A DNA stretch of 64,000 nucleotides from Candidatus Avispirillum sp. (lineage in GTDB: Bacteria; Bacillota; Clostridia; Oscillospirales; CAG-272), in NCBI GenBank assembly GCA_045656825.1, contig JAZORY010000031.1, positions 477 through 64,476 of the forward strand, given 5' to 3'. The translations under genes were made by a program, and so were the position numbers. A model generated the notes under the pieces. The model ran no database searches and was not told the DNA's origin. It was given only the letters and a program-made list of their open reading frames with translations. Below, piece after piece: positions 56,951 to 64,000 of the stretch (within the stretch, counting starts at the first letter, position 1; every line of letters begins with the position of its first letter).

Positions 56951-57238
56951 ATGTTAACAAGTAAACAGAGAGCAACACTCAGAGCTATGGCAAATCCTAT
57001 TGATACAATTTTTCAGGTAGGTAAAGGCGGAGTAAACGACCAGATGTGCAAGAGCATTTCAGATGCTCTTGAGGCAAGAGAGCTTATCAAGCTCAAGGTT
57101 CTTGATAATTCCGATTATACGGCAAAGGAAGCAGCAAATGAAATTGCTGAGGCAGTTGGTGCCGACGTTGTTTCGGTTGTTGGTAAGAAGTTTGTTTTGT
57201 ATAAGGAATCTAAGGAAAATAAAACAATTCTTATTTAA
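56951..57238 (+). CDS. yhbY: YhbY/CRM RNA-binding protein
   Basis: LTSKQRA.LRA, QVGKGG, ALEARELIK. Confidence 0.92.
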   Translation: MLTSKQRATLRAMANPIDTIFQVGKGGVNDQMCKSISDALEARELIKLKVLDNSDYTAKEAANEIAEAVGADVVSVVGKKFVLYKESKENKTILI

Positions 57239-57240
57239 TT

Positions 57241-57831
57241 ATGAAAATCGGACTTTACGGCGGAACGTTTTCGCCGCCACATATGGGGCATATAAGAGCG
57301 GCAAAGTGCTTTGTTGAAGGTGCTGGGCTTGATAAGCTTATTATTATGCCAGCAGGAATTCCTCCTCATAAAGCTGTGCTTGATCCAATACCCAACGAAA
57401 AAAGATTGGAAATGGCACGAATTGCTTTTTCGGACGTAGGCGAGGTTAGCGACTACGAAATGAAAAAAGAAGGTGCTTCCTATACTTATTTAACTCTCAG
57501 ATGGCTGAAGCAACAGTATTTTGGGGAAATATATCTTTGTATGGGAGAGGATATGTTTCTTTGCCTTGATAAATGGAAAGAGGCAGAGGAAATCTTTAGA
57601 GAAGCATATATAATTTGCCTTAAAAGAGAAAATTGTCCTTTTGAAGATATAGAAAATAAGAAGCTTGATTTTGAAAAGCGTTTTAATGCAAAAATAATGG
57701 TTCTCTCATATGAGCCGTTACCTGTTTCTTCAACAGAAATCAGAGAAAACGTAAAGTGCGGAAAAAGCACAAAGGGGTTATTGTCAGATGAAGTTGCAGA
57801 TTATATTTCTGCAAACAAATTGTATAGTTGA
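57241..57831 (+). CDS. nadD: Nicotinate-nucleotide adenylyltransferase
   Basis: GGTFSPPHMGH, PPHK, SSTEIR. Confidence 0.93.
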   Translation: MKIGLYGGTFSPPHMGHIRAAKCFVEGAGLDKLIIMPAGIPPHKAVLDPIPNEKRLEMARIAFSDVGEVSDYEMKKEGASYTYLTLRWLKQQYFGEIYLCMGEDMFLCLDKWKEAEEIFREAYIICLKRENCPFEDIENKKLDFEKRFNAKIMVLSYEPLPVSSTEIRENVKCGKSTKGLLSDEVADYISANKLYS

Positions 57832-57848
57832 TTGAATGGAGCGTTCGG

Positions 57849-58496
57849 ATGAAGATTGAAATAACAGAAGCAATGCTTTCGGAGCTTAGAGAGAAGGTCA
57901 AAGAGTATTTGAAGCCTAAACGCTATGCTCACACTCTTGCTGTTGAAGAGGAAGCCGCTTGTCTTGGAGAAATATTTCTTCCTGATGATATTAATCGTCT
58001 TCGCGCAGCTGCACTTCTTCACGATATAACCAAAAAATTAGATTTGTCGGAACACTTGCAAATTTGTAAGATGTTTGATATAATAATCGGTGCTTCTCCT
58101 GAAATGGAAAAGAAGCTGTTTCATTCAAAAACTGCTCCTGCAATAATAAAAAAAGACTTTGCAGGCTATTATGATGAAGATATACTTTCTGCTGTAAGAT
58201 GGCATACAACGGGCAGAGAGTATATGACAGTTTTTGAATCTTTGGTATATTTAGCAGACTATATTGAAAAAACAAGAACTTTTGAAGACTGTGTATTTCT
58301 TCGCAACTATTTTTATAACGAGCTTCAGGCAGGAAAGGAAAGTCCTATTGAAGTTCTTAGAAAAACTATGGTTGTTTCTTTTGATATGACAATTAAAAAT
58401 CTTATTGAAGAAAACGGTCTTGTTGATTTAGATACTATCTCTGCGAGAAACAGTTTTATAATGAATAATTGTTTCTCGGATTATATTAAGGAGTAA
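57849..58496 (+). CDS. yqeK: HD-domain Ap4A hydrolase YqeK
   Basis: KRYAH, ALLHDITK, HTTG, ADYIE..R.F; follows nadD. Confidence 0.9.
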   Translation: MKIEITEAMLSELREKVKEYLKPKRYAHTLAVEEEAACLGEIFLPDDINRLRAAALLHDITKKLDLSEHLQICKMFDIIIGASPEMEKKLFHSKTAPAIIKKDFAGYYDEDILSAVRWHTTGREYMTVFESLVYLADYIEKTRTFEDCVFLRNYFYNELQAGKESPIEVLRKTMVVSFDMTIKNLIEENGLVDLDTISARNSFIMNNCFSDYIKE

Positions 58497-58498
58497 TT

Positions 58499-59764
58499 AT
58501 GGAAAATAGAAGAAGAAATATTCCTGAAAACGAAGGTATGCATGAAAGCAATCTTCAGCAGACAGGTGAGGTGCAGGTAACAACGGATGATGCCATTCCT
58601 ATGCCCCCTCAGAAAAAGAAACTGAATAAAAATACAAAGAAGATAATACTTGCAATTGTGGCAGTATTTGTGGTAGCTCTTCTTGCTGTTGCAGGTTATG
58701 CAGCTAGTGTATTCTTTCTCTATGAGCCTGAGGTAGGAAATACAAATACAGTTGAAGATCTTCCTTTCGTTCCTTCAGTTGATCAGAATAACGTGGATGA
58801 GAATGGTGAAGTCATTAAGATCGAAACTGTTGATAAGCAGTATAACTTCCTTGTTGCAGCAAGAGATGATGTTTCCGGTCTTACTGACGTTATTATGATA
58901 ATTAATTACAATATCACAAAGCAGAGCCTCAGCGTTATGCAGGTGCCTCGTGATACCTATGTAGAGATCGACAACTACTCATATCACAAGATTAACGGTG
59001 CATTCGGTTATTACAAGAATAGTTATAGAGGCGATAATGCTATAAAAGACGGACTCAGAGACTTCGCAGACTATCTTGAAAAGAATCTTTGTATCAAGAT
59101 CCATTATACAGCTATGATGGACTTGGAGGGTTTCAGTAACATTGTAAATGCCATCGGCGGCGTATATATGTACGTGCCTCAGGATATGTATTATAACGAC
59201 CCTAATCAGAATCTGTATATTAATCTCAAGAAGGGATATCAGACTCTTGATGGTGTAACAGCGAAGCAGTTTGTCCGCTATAGATACGGTCTTGCTAACG
59301 GTGATATCGGCAGAGGCGATATGCAGAAGCTCTTTATGACTGCGTTTATTGAAAAGCTTCAGAGCTCTATCAGCGGTAAAAATGTTAGTAAGCTTACGGA
59401 GCTTGCAGGTAGTGTATATGAATGTCTTGAGACAGACCTTACTGTAAACGATATGGTTTATTTTGGCAAAAACTTCCTTGGTCTCACAGGCGGAGCTGCT
59501 GTTGATATGAACAACATTAATATGATAACAATGCCCGGCGGAGCTTTCTTTGATGATCTTTCATACTATTCCTTGAACCGAGAAAGCACAGTTGATATTA
59601 TCAACAAATTCTTTAACATCTATAATTTTGATATTTCATCTTCCTTTGACCCCAATAAAGTTTTCTTAAAGGAAAATAGCGAAAAATCCAAGTATATGTA
59701 TGATCTTCCTATGGATAAACTTGATACGGATATATTCAATGCAGGAGAAGATGGAAATTCCTGA
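58499..59764 (+). CDS. LCP (LytR-CpsA-Psr) family protein
   Basis: TM anchor, TDVIM, VPRDT, KINGA, FVRYR...GDIGR. Confidence 0.92.
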   Translation: MENRRRNIPENEGMHESNLQQTGEVQVTTDDAIPMPPQKKKLNKNTKKIILAIVAVFVVALLAVAGYAASVFFLYEPEVGNTNTVEDLPFVPSVDQNNVDENGEVIKIETVDKQYNFLVAARDDVSGLTDVIMIINYNITKQSLSVMQVPRDTYVEIDNYSYHKINGAFGYYKNSYRGDNAIKDGLRDFADYLEKNLCIKIHYTAMMDLEGFSNIVNAIGGVYMYVPQDMYYNDPNQNLYINLKKGYQTLDGVTAKQFVRYRYGLANGDIGRGDMQKLFMTAFIEKLQSSISGKNVSKLTELAGSVYECLETDLTVNDMVYFGKNFLGLTGGAAVDMNNINMITMPGGAFFDDLSYYSLNRESTVDIINKFFNIYNFDISSSFDPNKVFLKENSEKSKYMYDLPMDKLDTDIFNAGEDGNS

Positions 59765-59781
59765 TAGAGAGGTAGAACAAA

Positions 59782-60201
59782 ATGGCAGAATTTGAAACTA
59801 TGGAAAATATGGCTCCTTCCGCTGAGATAACACTCGCCAGCAATGAGCCTAAGGACGTTGCAGAATTTGCAGTTAAGATTCTTGATGCAAAGAAGGCAAA
59901 GGATATCAAGCTTCTCTACGTTGAGGATAAGACAAGCATTGCAGATTATTTTATTATCTGCACAGGTAACTCCAAAACACAGGTAAGCTCACTTTCTGAG
60001 GAAATTGAATTTCGTTTTTCTCAGAACGGAATTAAGCCCCTTCATATAGAAGGAAGACGTGGCGATACGTGGATCCTTTCTGATTACGGCTCTATCATTC
60101 TTCACGTTTTCAGCGCAGACCAGCGTGATTTCTATAAGATTGAAAAGCTCTATGACGAGGGCAGTGAGGTTGATATTTCTTCACTTGTTACTAACGACTG
60201 A
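59782..60201 (+). CDS. rsfS: Ribosome silencing factor
   Basis: KKAKDI, IADYFIICTG, WILSDYG, RDFYKIEKL. Confidence 0.93.
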   Translation: MAEFETMENMAPSAEITLASNEPKDVAEFAVKILDAKKAKDIKLLYVEDKTSIADYFIICTGNSKTQVSSLSEEIEFRFSQNGIKPLHIEGRRGDTWILSDYGSIILHVFSADQRDFYKIEKLYDEGSEVDISSLVTND

Positions 60202-60229
60202 TTTTAATTTAAGGATATAAACAAAAGCA

Positions 60230-62632
60230 ATGAGATACGATTTTAAGTCAATTGAACCCAAATGGCAGAAGAAGTGGGAAGATGCCAAGGTTTTTGAAGC
60301 AAAGGACCATAGCGACAAGCCCAAGTTCTTCGGTATGGTAGAATTCCCCTATCCCAGCGGAGCAGGTATGCACGTTGGACATATCAAGGCATATTCCGGC
60401 CTTGAGGTTGTTTCAAGAAAGAGAAGAATGCAGGGCTATAACGTCCTCTTTCCTATCGGATTTGATGCGTTTGGTCTCCCCACAGAGAACTATGCAATTA
60501 AGACAAATATTCATCCCCGTAAAGTAACGGATATGAATATCGAGAAATTCACAGAGCAGCTTAAGAGAGTTGGTTTTTCTTTCGACTGGTCTCGAGTAGT
60601 TGATACAACTGATGAAAACTATTATAAGTGGACTCAGTGGATTTTCCTTAAGATGTTTGATAACGGACTTGTTTTCCGTGATAAAGCCCTTGTAAATTAT
60701 TGCCCCCATTGTAAAGTAGTTCTTTCAAACGAGGACTCTCAGGGTGGTAAGTGCGATATCTGCCACAGCGATATCGTTCAGAAGTCTAAGGACGTTTGGT
60801 ATCTCCGTATTACAGAGTATGCGGATAAGCTTCTTGCAGGTCTTGAAGAAGTTGATTATCTTCCCAATATTAAGATGCAGCAGGTAAACTGGATTGGTAA
60901 GTCCACAGGTGCTTTCGTTAAATTCGGCCTTAAGAATCTTGACGAACAGCTTATGATCTACACAACCAGACCTGATACACTCTTCGGCGTTACTTTTATG
61001 GTTATCGCTCCCGAGCATCCTATTCTTGATAAGTATGCCGATAAGATCGGTAATATGGACGAGATCGAAGCTTACAGAGCAGAGTGCGCTAAGAAAACTG
61101 AGTTTGAAAGAACACAGCTTGTTAAGGATAAGACAGGCGTTTGTGTAGATGGCCTTGTAGGTATCAATCCCGTAAATGGTAAGGAAATTCCCGTATATAT
61201 CTCTGACTACGTAATGATGGGCTATGGTACAGGCGCTATTATGGCTGTTCCTGCTCACGACCAGAGAGACTATGAATTTGCTAAGAAGTTTGGCATTGAT
61301 ATTATCGAGGTTATTAAGGGCGGCGATATCTCCGTTGAAGCTTATGCAGGCGACGGTGAGATGGTAAATTCCGATTTCCTCAACGGCTATACAAAGAAGG
61401 CTGATTCTATTGATAGAATGATCGAGGAGCTCACAAAAACAGGCGCCGGAGAAAAGGGTGTGCAGTTCAAAATGAAGGACTGGGCATTTAACAGACAGCG
61501 CTATTGGGGTGAGCCCATTCCGATCGTACATTGTGATACTTGCGGTATGGTAGGTGTACCTTATGAGGAGCTTCCTCTTCGTCTGCCTCCCGTTGAAAAC
61601 TTCGAGCCCGGTGAAGGCGGCGAAAGCCCTCTTGCAAAGCTTGAAGACTTTGTAAATTGCACTTGCCCCAAGTGTGGTAAGCCCGCAAGAAGAGAAACAG
61701 ATACAATGCCTCAGTGGGCAGGTTCTTCCTGGTATTATCTCCGCTATATTGATCCTAACAATGCGGATGTATTTGCTGATCAGGAAAAGCTTAAGTATTG
61801 GCTCCCCGTAGACTGGTACAACGGTGGTATGGAGCACGTTACACGTCATATGATTTATTCTCGTTTCTGGCATCATTTCCTCTATGACCTTGGTGAAGTA
61901 CCCACAGCTGAGCCTTATGCTAAGAGAACTGCTCAGGGTCTTATTCTCGGTCCTGACGGAGATAAGATGAGTAAGTCAAAGGGTAACGTAGTTGACCCCA
62001 ACGACGTTGTTGATGAATATGGCGCAGACGTTCTCAGAGTTTACGTACTCTTTATGGGCGACTATGAGAGTGCAACTCCTTGGAATGACAGCAGCATGAA
62101 GGGCTGTAAGCGCTTCCTTGAGCGTGTAGCAGGACTTACAGAAATGGCTAAGGGCAACGGTGTAACACCTGAGCTTGAGGTTGATTTCCATAAGACTATC
62201 AAGAAGGTTTCCTCTGATATTGAAGCTATGAAGTTTAATACAGGTATTGCTTCAATGATGGCACTTATTAATAAGATTTATGAGGTTGGTAAGCTTACGG
62301 TTGATGAGCTTAAGACATTTGCAGCTCTTCTTTGTCCTTATGCACCTCATATCTGTGAAGAAATCTGGGAGCAGTGTGGTGAAGCAAGTCTTCTTGCTGA
62401 GAGTGCATGGCCCACGTATGATGAAGCTAAGACTGTTGATGCAACAATTGAAATTGCAGTTCAGATTTGTGGTAAGCTTCGTTCAACAATTACCATAGCT
62501 AAGGATGCAACAAAGGAAGAAGCAATAGCAGCGGCAAAGGCTGATGAAAAGATTGTATCCATGCTTGAAGGTAAGAGCATTGTAAAGGAAATTTATGTTC
62601 CCGGTAAGATCGTAAATATTGTTGCAAAATAA
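60230..62632 (+). CDS. leuS: Leucine--tRNA ligase
   Basis: FPYPSGAGMHVGH, TTRPDT, GTGAIMAVPAHD, RQRYWGEPIP, KMSKS. Confidence 0.97.
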   Translation: MRYDFKSIEPKWQKKWEDAKVFEAKDHSDKPKFFGMVEFPYPSGAGMHVGHIKAYSGLEVVSRKRRMQGYNVLFPIGFDAFGLPTENYAIKTNIHPRKVTDMNIEKFTEQLKRVGFSFDWSRVVDTTDENYYKWTQWIFLKMFDNGLVFRDKALVNYCPHCKVVLSNEDSQGGKCDICHSDIVQKSKDVWYLRITEYADKLLAGLEEVDYLPNIKMQQVNWIGKSTGAFVKFGLKNLDEQLMIYTTRPDTLFGVTFMVIAPEHPILDKYADKIGNMDEIEAYRAECAKKTEFERTQLVKDKTGVCVDGLVGINPVNGKEIPVYISDYVMMGYGTGAIMAVPAHDQRDYEFAKKFGIDIIEVIKGGDISVEAYAGDGEMVNSDFLNGYTKKADSIDRMIEELTKTGAGEKGVQFKMKDWAFNRQRYWGEPIPIVHCDTCGMVGVPYEELPLRLPPVENFEPGEGGESPLAKLEDFVNCTCPKCGKPARRETDTMPQWAGSSWYYLRYIDPNNADVFADQEKLKYWLPVDWYNGGMEHVTRHMIYSRFWHHFLYDLGEVPTAEPYAKRTAQGLILGPDGDKMSKSKGNVVDPNDVVDEYGADVLRVYVLFMGDYESATPWNDSSMKGCKRFLERVAGLTEMAKGNGVTPELEVDFHKTIKKVSSDIEAMKFNTGIASMMALINKIYEVGKLTVDELKTFAALLCPYAPHICEEIWEQCGEASLLAESAWPTYDEAKTVDATIEIAVQICGKLRSTITIAKDATKEEAIAAAKADEKIVSMLEGKSIVKEIYVPGKIVNIVAK

Positions 62633-62651
62633 TATTTTTCCATATTTATGC

Positions 62652-62680
62652 TTGACAAGCATAAAAGAAAACGCTATAAT
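62652..62680 (+). promoter_or_regulatory. sigmaA promoter of rpsU
   Basis: TTGACA-N17-TATAAT. Confidence 0.8.
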
Positions 62681-62742
62681 ATTACGGTAGTGTGCAAAAG
62701 GCACATTTTCATTGGCAGAAGCGAAGGGAGGGAAATTAGAAA

Positions 62743-62919
62743 ATGGCAGAAATCAGAGTTAAAGAGAATGAAACTCTTGACAGCGCGCTTCGTCGCTTTA
62801 AGCGTCAGTGCCAGAGATCCGGTATTCAGGCCGAGCTTCGCAAGAGAGAATGCTACGAAAAGCCCAGCGTAAAGAGAAAGAAGAAGTCTGAGGCAGCAAG
62901 AAAGCGTAAATTCAAGTAA
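62743..62919 (+). CDS. rpsU: 30S ribosomal protein S21
   Basis: [66 protein letters not shown]; missed by the ORF track. Confidence 0.96.
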   Translation: MAEIRVKENETLDSALRRFKRQCQRSGIQAELRKRECYEKPSVKRKKKSEAARKRKFK

Positions 62920-62925
62920 TAAATT

Positions 62926-62950
62926 GGGCTGACGTAAGTCAGCCCTTTAT
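62926..62950 (+). terminator. Terminator after rpsU
   Basis: GGGCTGAC-gtaa-GTCAGCCC-TTTATT. Confidence 0.7.
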
Positions 62951-62967
62951 TCATTTCAGAGGTAAAT

Positions 62968-63912
62968 ATGAAAATAACTGTTCTTGATGCGGCAACACTT
63001 GGCGATGACGTAATGTTTGATTGTCTTGAAGCTGTCGGAGAAGTAACGATATATAAGAATTCAGATCTTTTAATTGATCCTATGCTTGCTTCGGATGCGG
63101 ATTGTCTTGTCGTTAATAAAGTTAAAATGAATAGAGAAACCCTTAGCTGTGCAAATAAGCTTAAGCTTATCTGCGTTGCGGCAACGGGATTCGATAATAT
63201 AGATCTTGATTATTGCAGAGAAAAGGGGATAGGCGTTTGCAACGTTAAAGGATATTCAACTGATAGCGTTGCTCAGATAACGTTGGCTATGGTTTTGTCT
63301 CTTGCTTCACATCTTGATGAATATACAAAATATGTCGAAAATGGAAGCTATACCAAAAGCGGAGTGGCTAATTGTCTTGTCCCTGTATATCATGAGCTTG
63401 CAGGTAAGAACTGGGGTATTGTGGGACTGGGCAATATAGGTAAAAAGGTGGCAGACGTTGCAGCGGCTATGGGATGTAACGTTATTGCTCATAAGAGAAC
63501 ACCTGATGATTACTATAATTGCGTTGATATAGATACGCTTTGCGAGACTTCAGATATTATCACTATACATACTCCCTTGAATGAAGGAACGAGAAATCTT
63601 ATATCACGCGAACGTATTGAAAAAATGAAAAAGGGTGTAATAGTTGTAAACGTTGCACGAGGAGCTGTTTGTGATGAATCGGCACTATGTGAAGCTGTCG
63701 AGAAAGGGAATATGCTCTTAGGCGTTGACGTATATACTAATGAGCCTTTTGATGAGGAACACCCTTATAATCGAATTATGGGCCTTCCTAACGTGTGCTT
63801 AACTCCTCATATGGCTTGGGGAGCGTATGAAGCAAGATGTAGATGCCTTAATGAAATATCACTGAATATAGCTTCGTTCCAAAATGGCGAAAAAAGAAAC
63901 AGAATAGTTTGA
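62968..63912 (+). CDS. D-2-hydroxyacid dehydrogenase (glycerate/hydroxypyruvate reductase-like)
   Basis: ATGFDNID, GIVGLGNIG, VNVARG, DVYTNEP, TPHMAW. Confidence 0.92.
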   Translation: MKITVLDAATLGDDVMFDCLEAVGEVTIYKNSDLLIDPMLASDADCLVVNKVKMNRETLSCANKLKLICVAATGFDNIDLDYCREKGIGVCNVKGYSTDSVAQITLAMVLSLASHLDEYTKYVENGSYTKSGVANCLVPVYHELAGKNWGIVGLGNIGKKVADVAAAMGCNVIAHKRTPDDYYNCVDIDTLCETSDIITIHTPLNEGTRNLISRERIEKMKKGVIVVNVARGAVCDESALCEAVEKGNMLLGVDVYTNEPFDEEHPYNRIMGLPNVCLTPHMAWGAYEARCRCLNEISLNIASFQNGEKRNRIV

Positions 63913-63940
63913 ATAAAACTAAATATTACGGGGAATACTA
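63911..63940 (+). promoter_or_regulatory. sigmaF/sigmaG-like sporulation promoter
   Basis: GAATA-N15-GGGAATACTA matches the G.ATA-N15-GGnnAnAnTA pattern. Confidence 0.5.
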
Positions 63941-63973
63941 CCATACCAAATGAAAGGGATGGTAGTATTTTTT
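63934..63973 (+). terminator. Hairpin with U-tract after the dehydrogenase gene
   Basis: AATACTACCAT...ATGGTAGTATT followed by TTTT. Confidence 0.55.
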
Positions 63974-64000
63974 ATGAAAACTTTAACAGCGTTGTGTGTG
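63974..64000 (+). CDS. Start of a possible secreted protein (MKTLTALCV...), truncated by the window
   Basis: ATG after AAAGGGATGG; only 9 codons visible. Confidence 0.35.

Noticed and set aside
60725..61876. Long antisense ORFs (also 5652-6437, 9485-10255, 44308-45078, 49669-50559, 51689-52702)
   Set aside because: Shadow frames opposite well-supported genes, with no recognisable motifs
62648..62872. 74-aa ORF in the track
   Set aside because: It spans the rpsU promoter; the real gene is rpsU in another frame
1..64000. rRNA, tRNA, CRISPR arrays, IS transposases, defence systems
   Set aside because: None recognised; intergenic spaces are short and explained by promoters and terminators

Overview
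Mostly core chromosome of a spore-forming Clostridia-class bacterium (Oscillospirales/Ruminococcaceae-like by gene content and order; inference). Housekeeping blocks: yaaT-holB; coaE-slt-aminopeptidase-prfA-sua5-type IIA topoisomerase A; feoAB; dacF; pgi; MoxR-DUF58-transglutaminase-mrnC; infC-rpmI-rplT with an L20 leader; dprA-topA-trmFO-rnc-smc-ftsY-rdgB-yhbY-nadD-yqeK-LCP-rsfS-leuS-rpsU. The stand-out is a compact 7-gene operon at 24563-29605 encoding podovirus-like virion parts: scaffold, N4-gp56-type major capsid, a small protein, adaptor, tail nozzle/stabilisation-like protein, a second small protein and an ejection-like protein. It has its own candidate promoter, a post-capsid hairpin and a terminator. 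It has no terminase, portal, integrase, replication, lysis, tail-fibre or att features, so it is a candidate domesticated, GTA-like or capsid-compartment system. Other points: three DtxR-like palindromes around feoA, a candidate leader peptide before a DMT transporter, a probable leaderless mRNA, an orphan GyrA/ParC subunit with Ala at the Ser83 position, a Cys-to-Ser transglutaminase-like lipoprotein, and a sigmaF-like promoter interleaved with a terminator at the right edge. No rRNA, tRNA or CRISPR array was seen. All family calls are by motif recognition, not database search.
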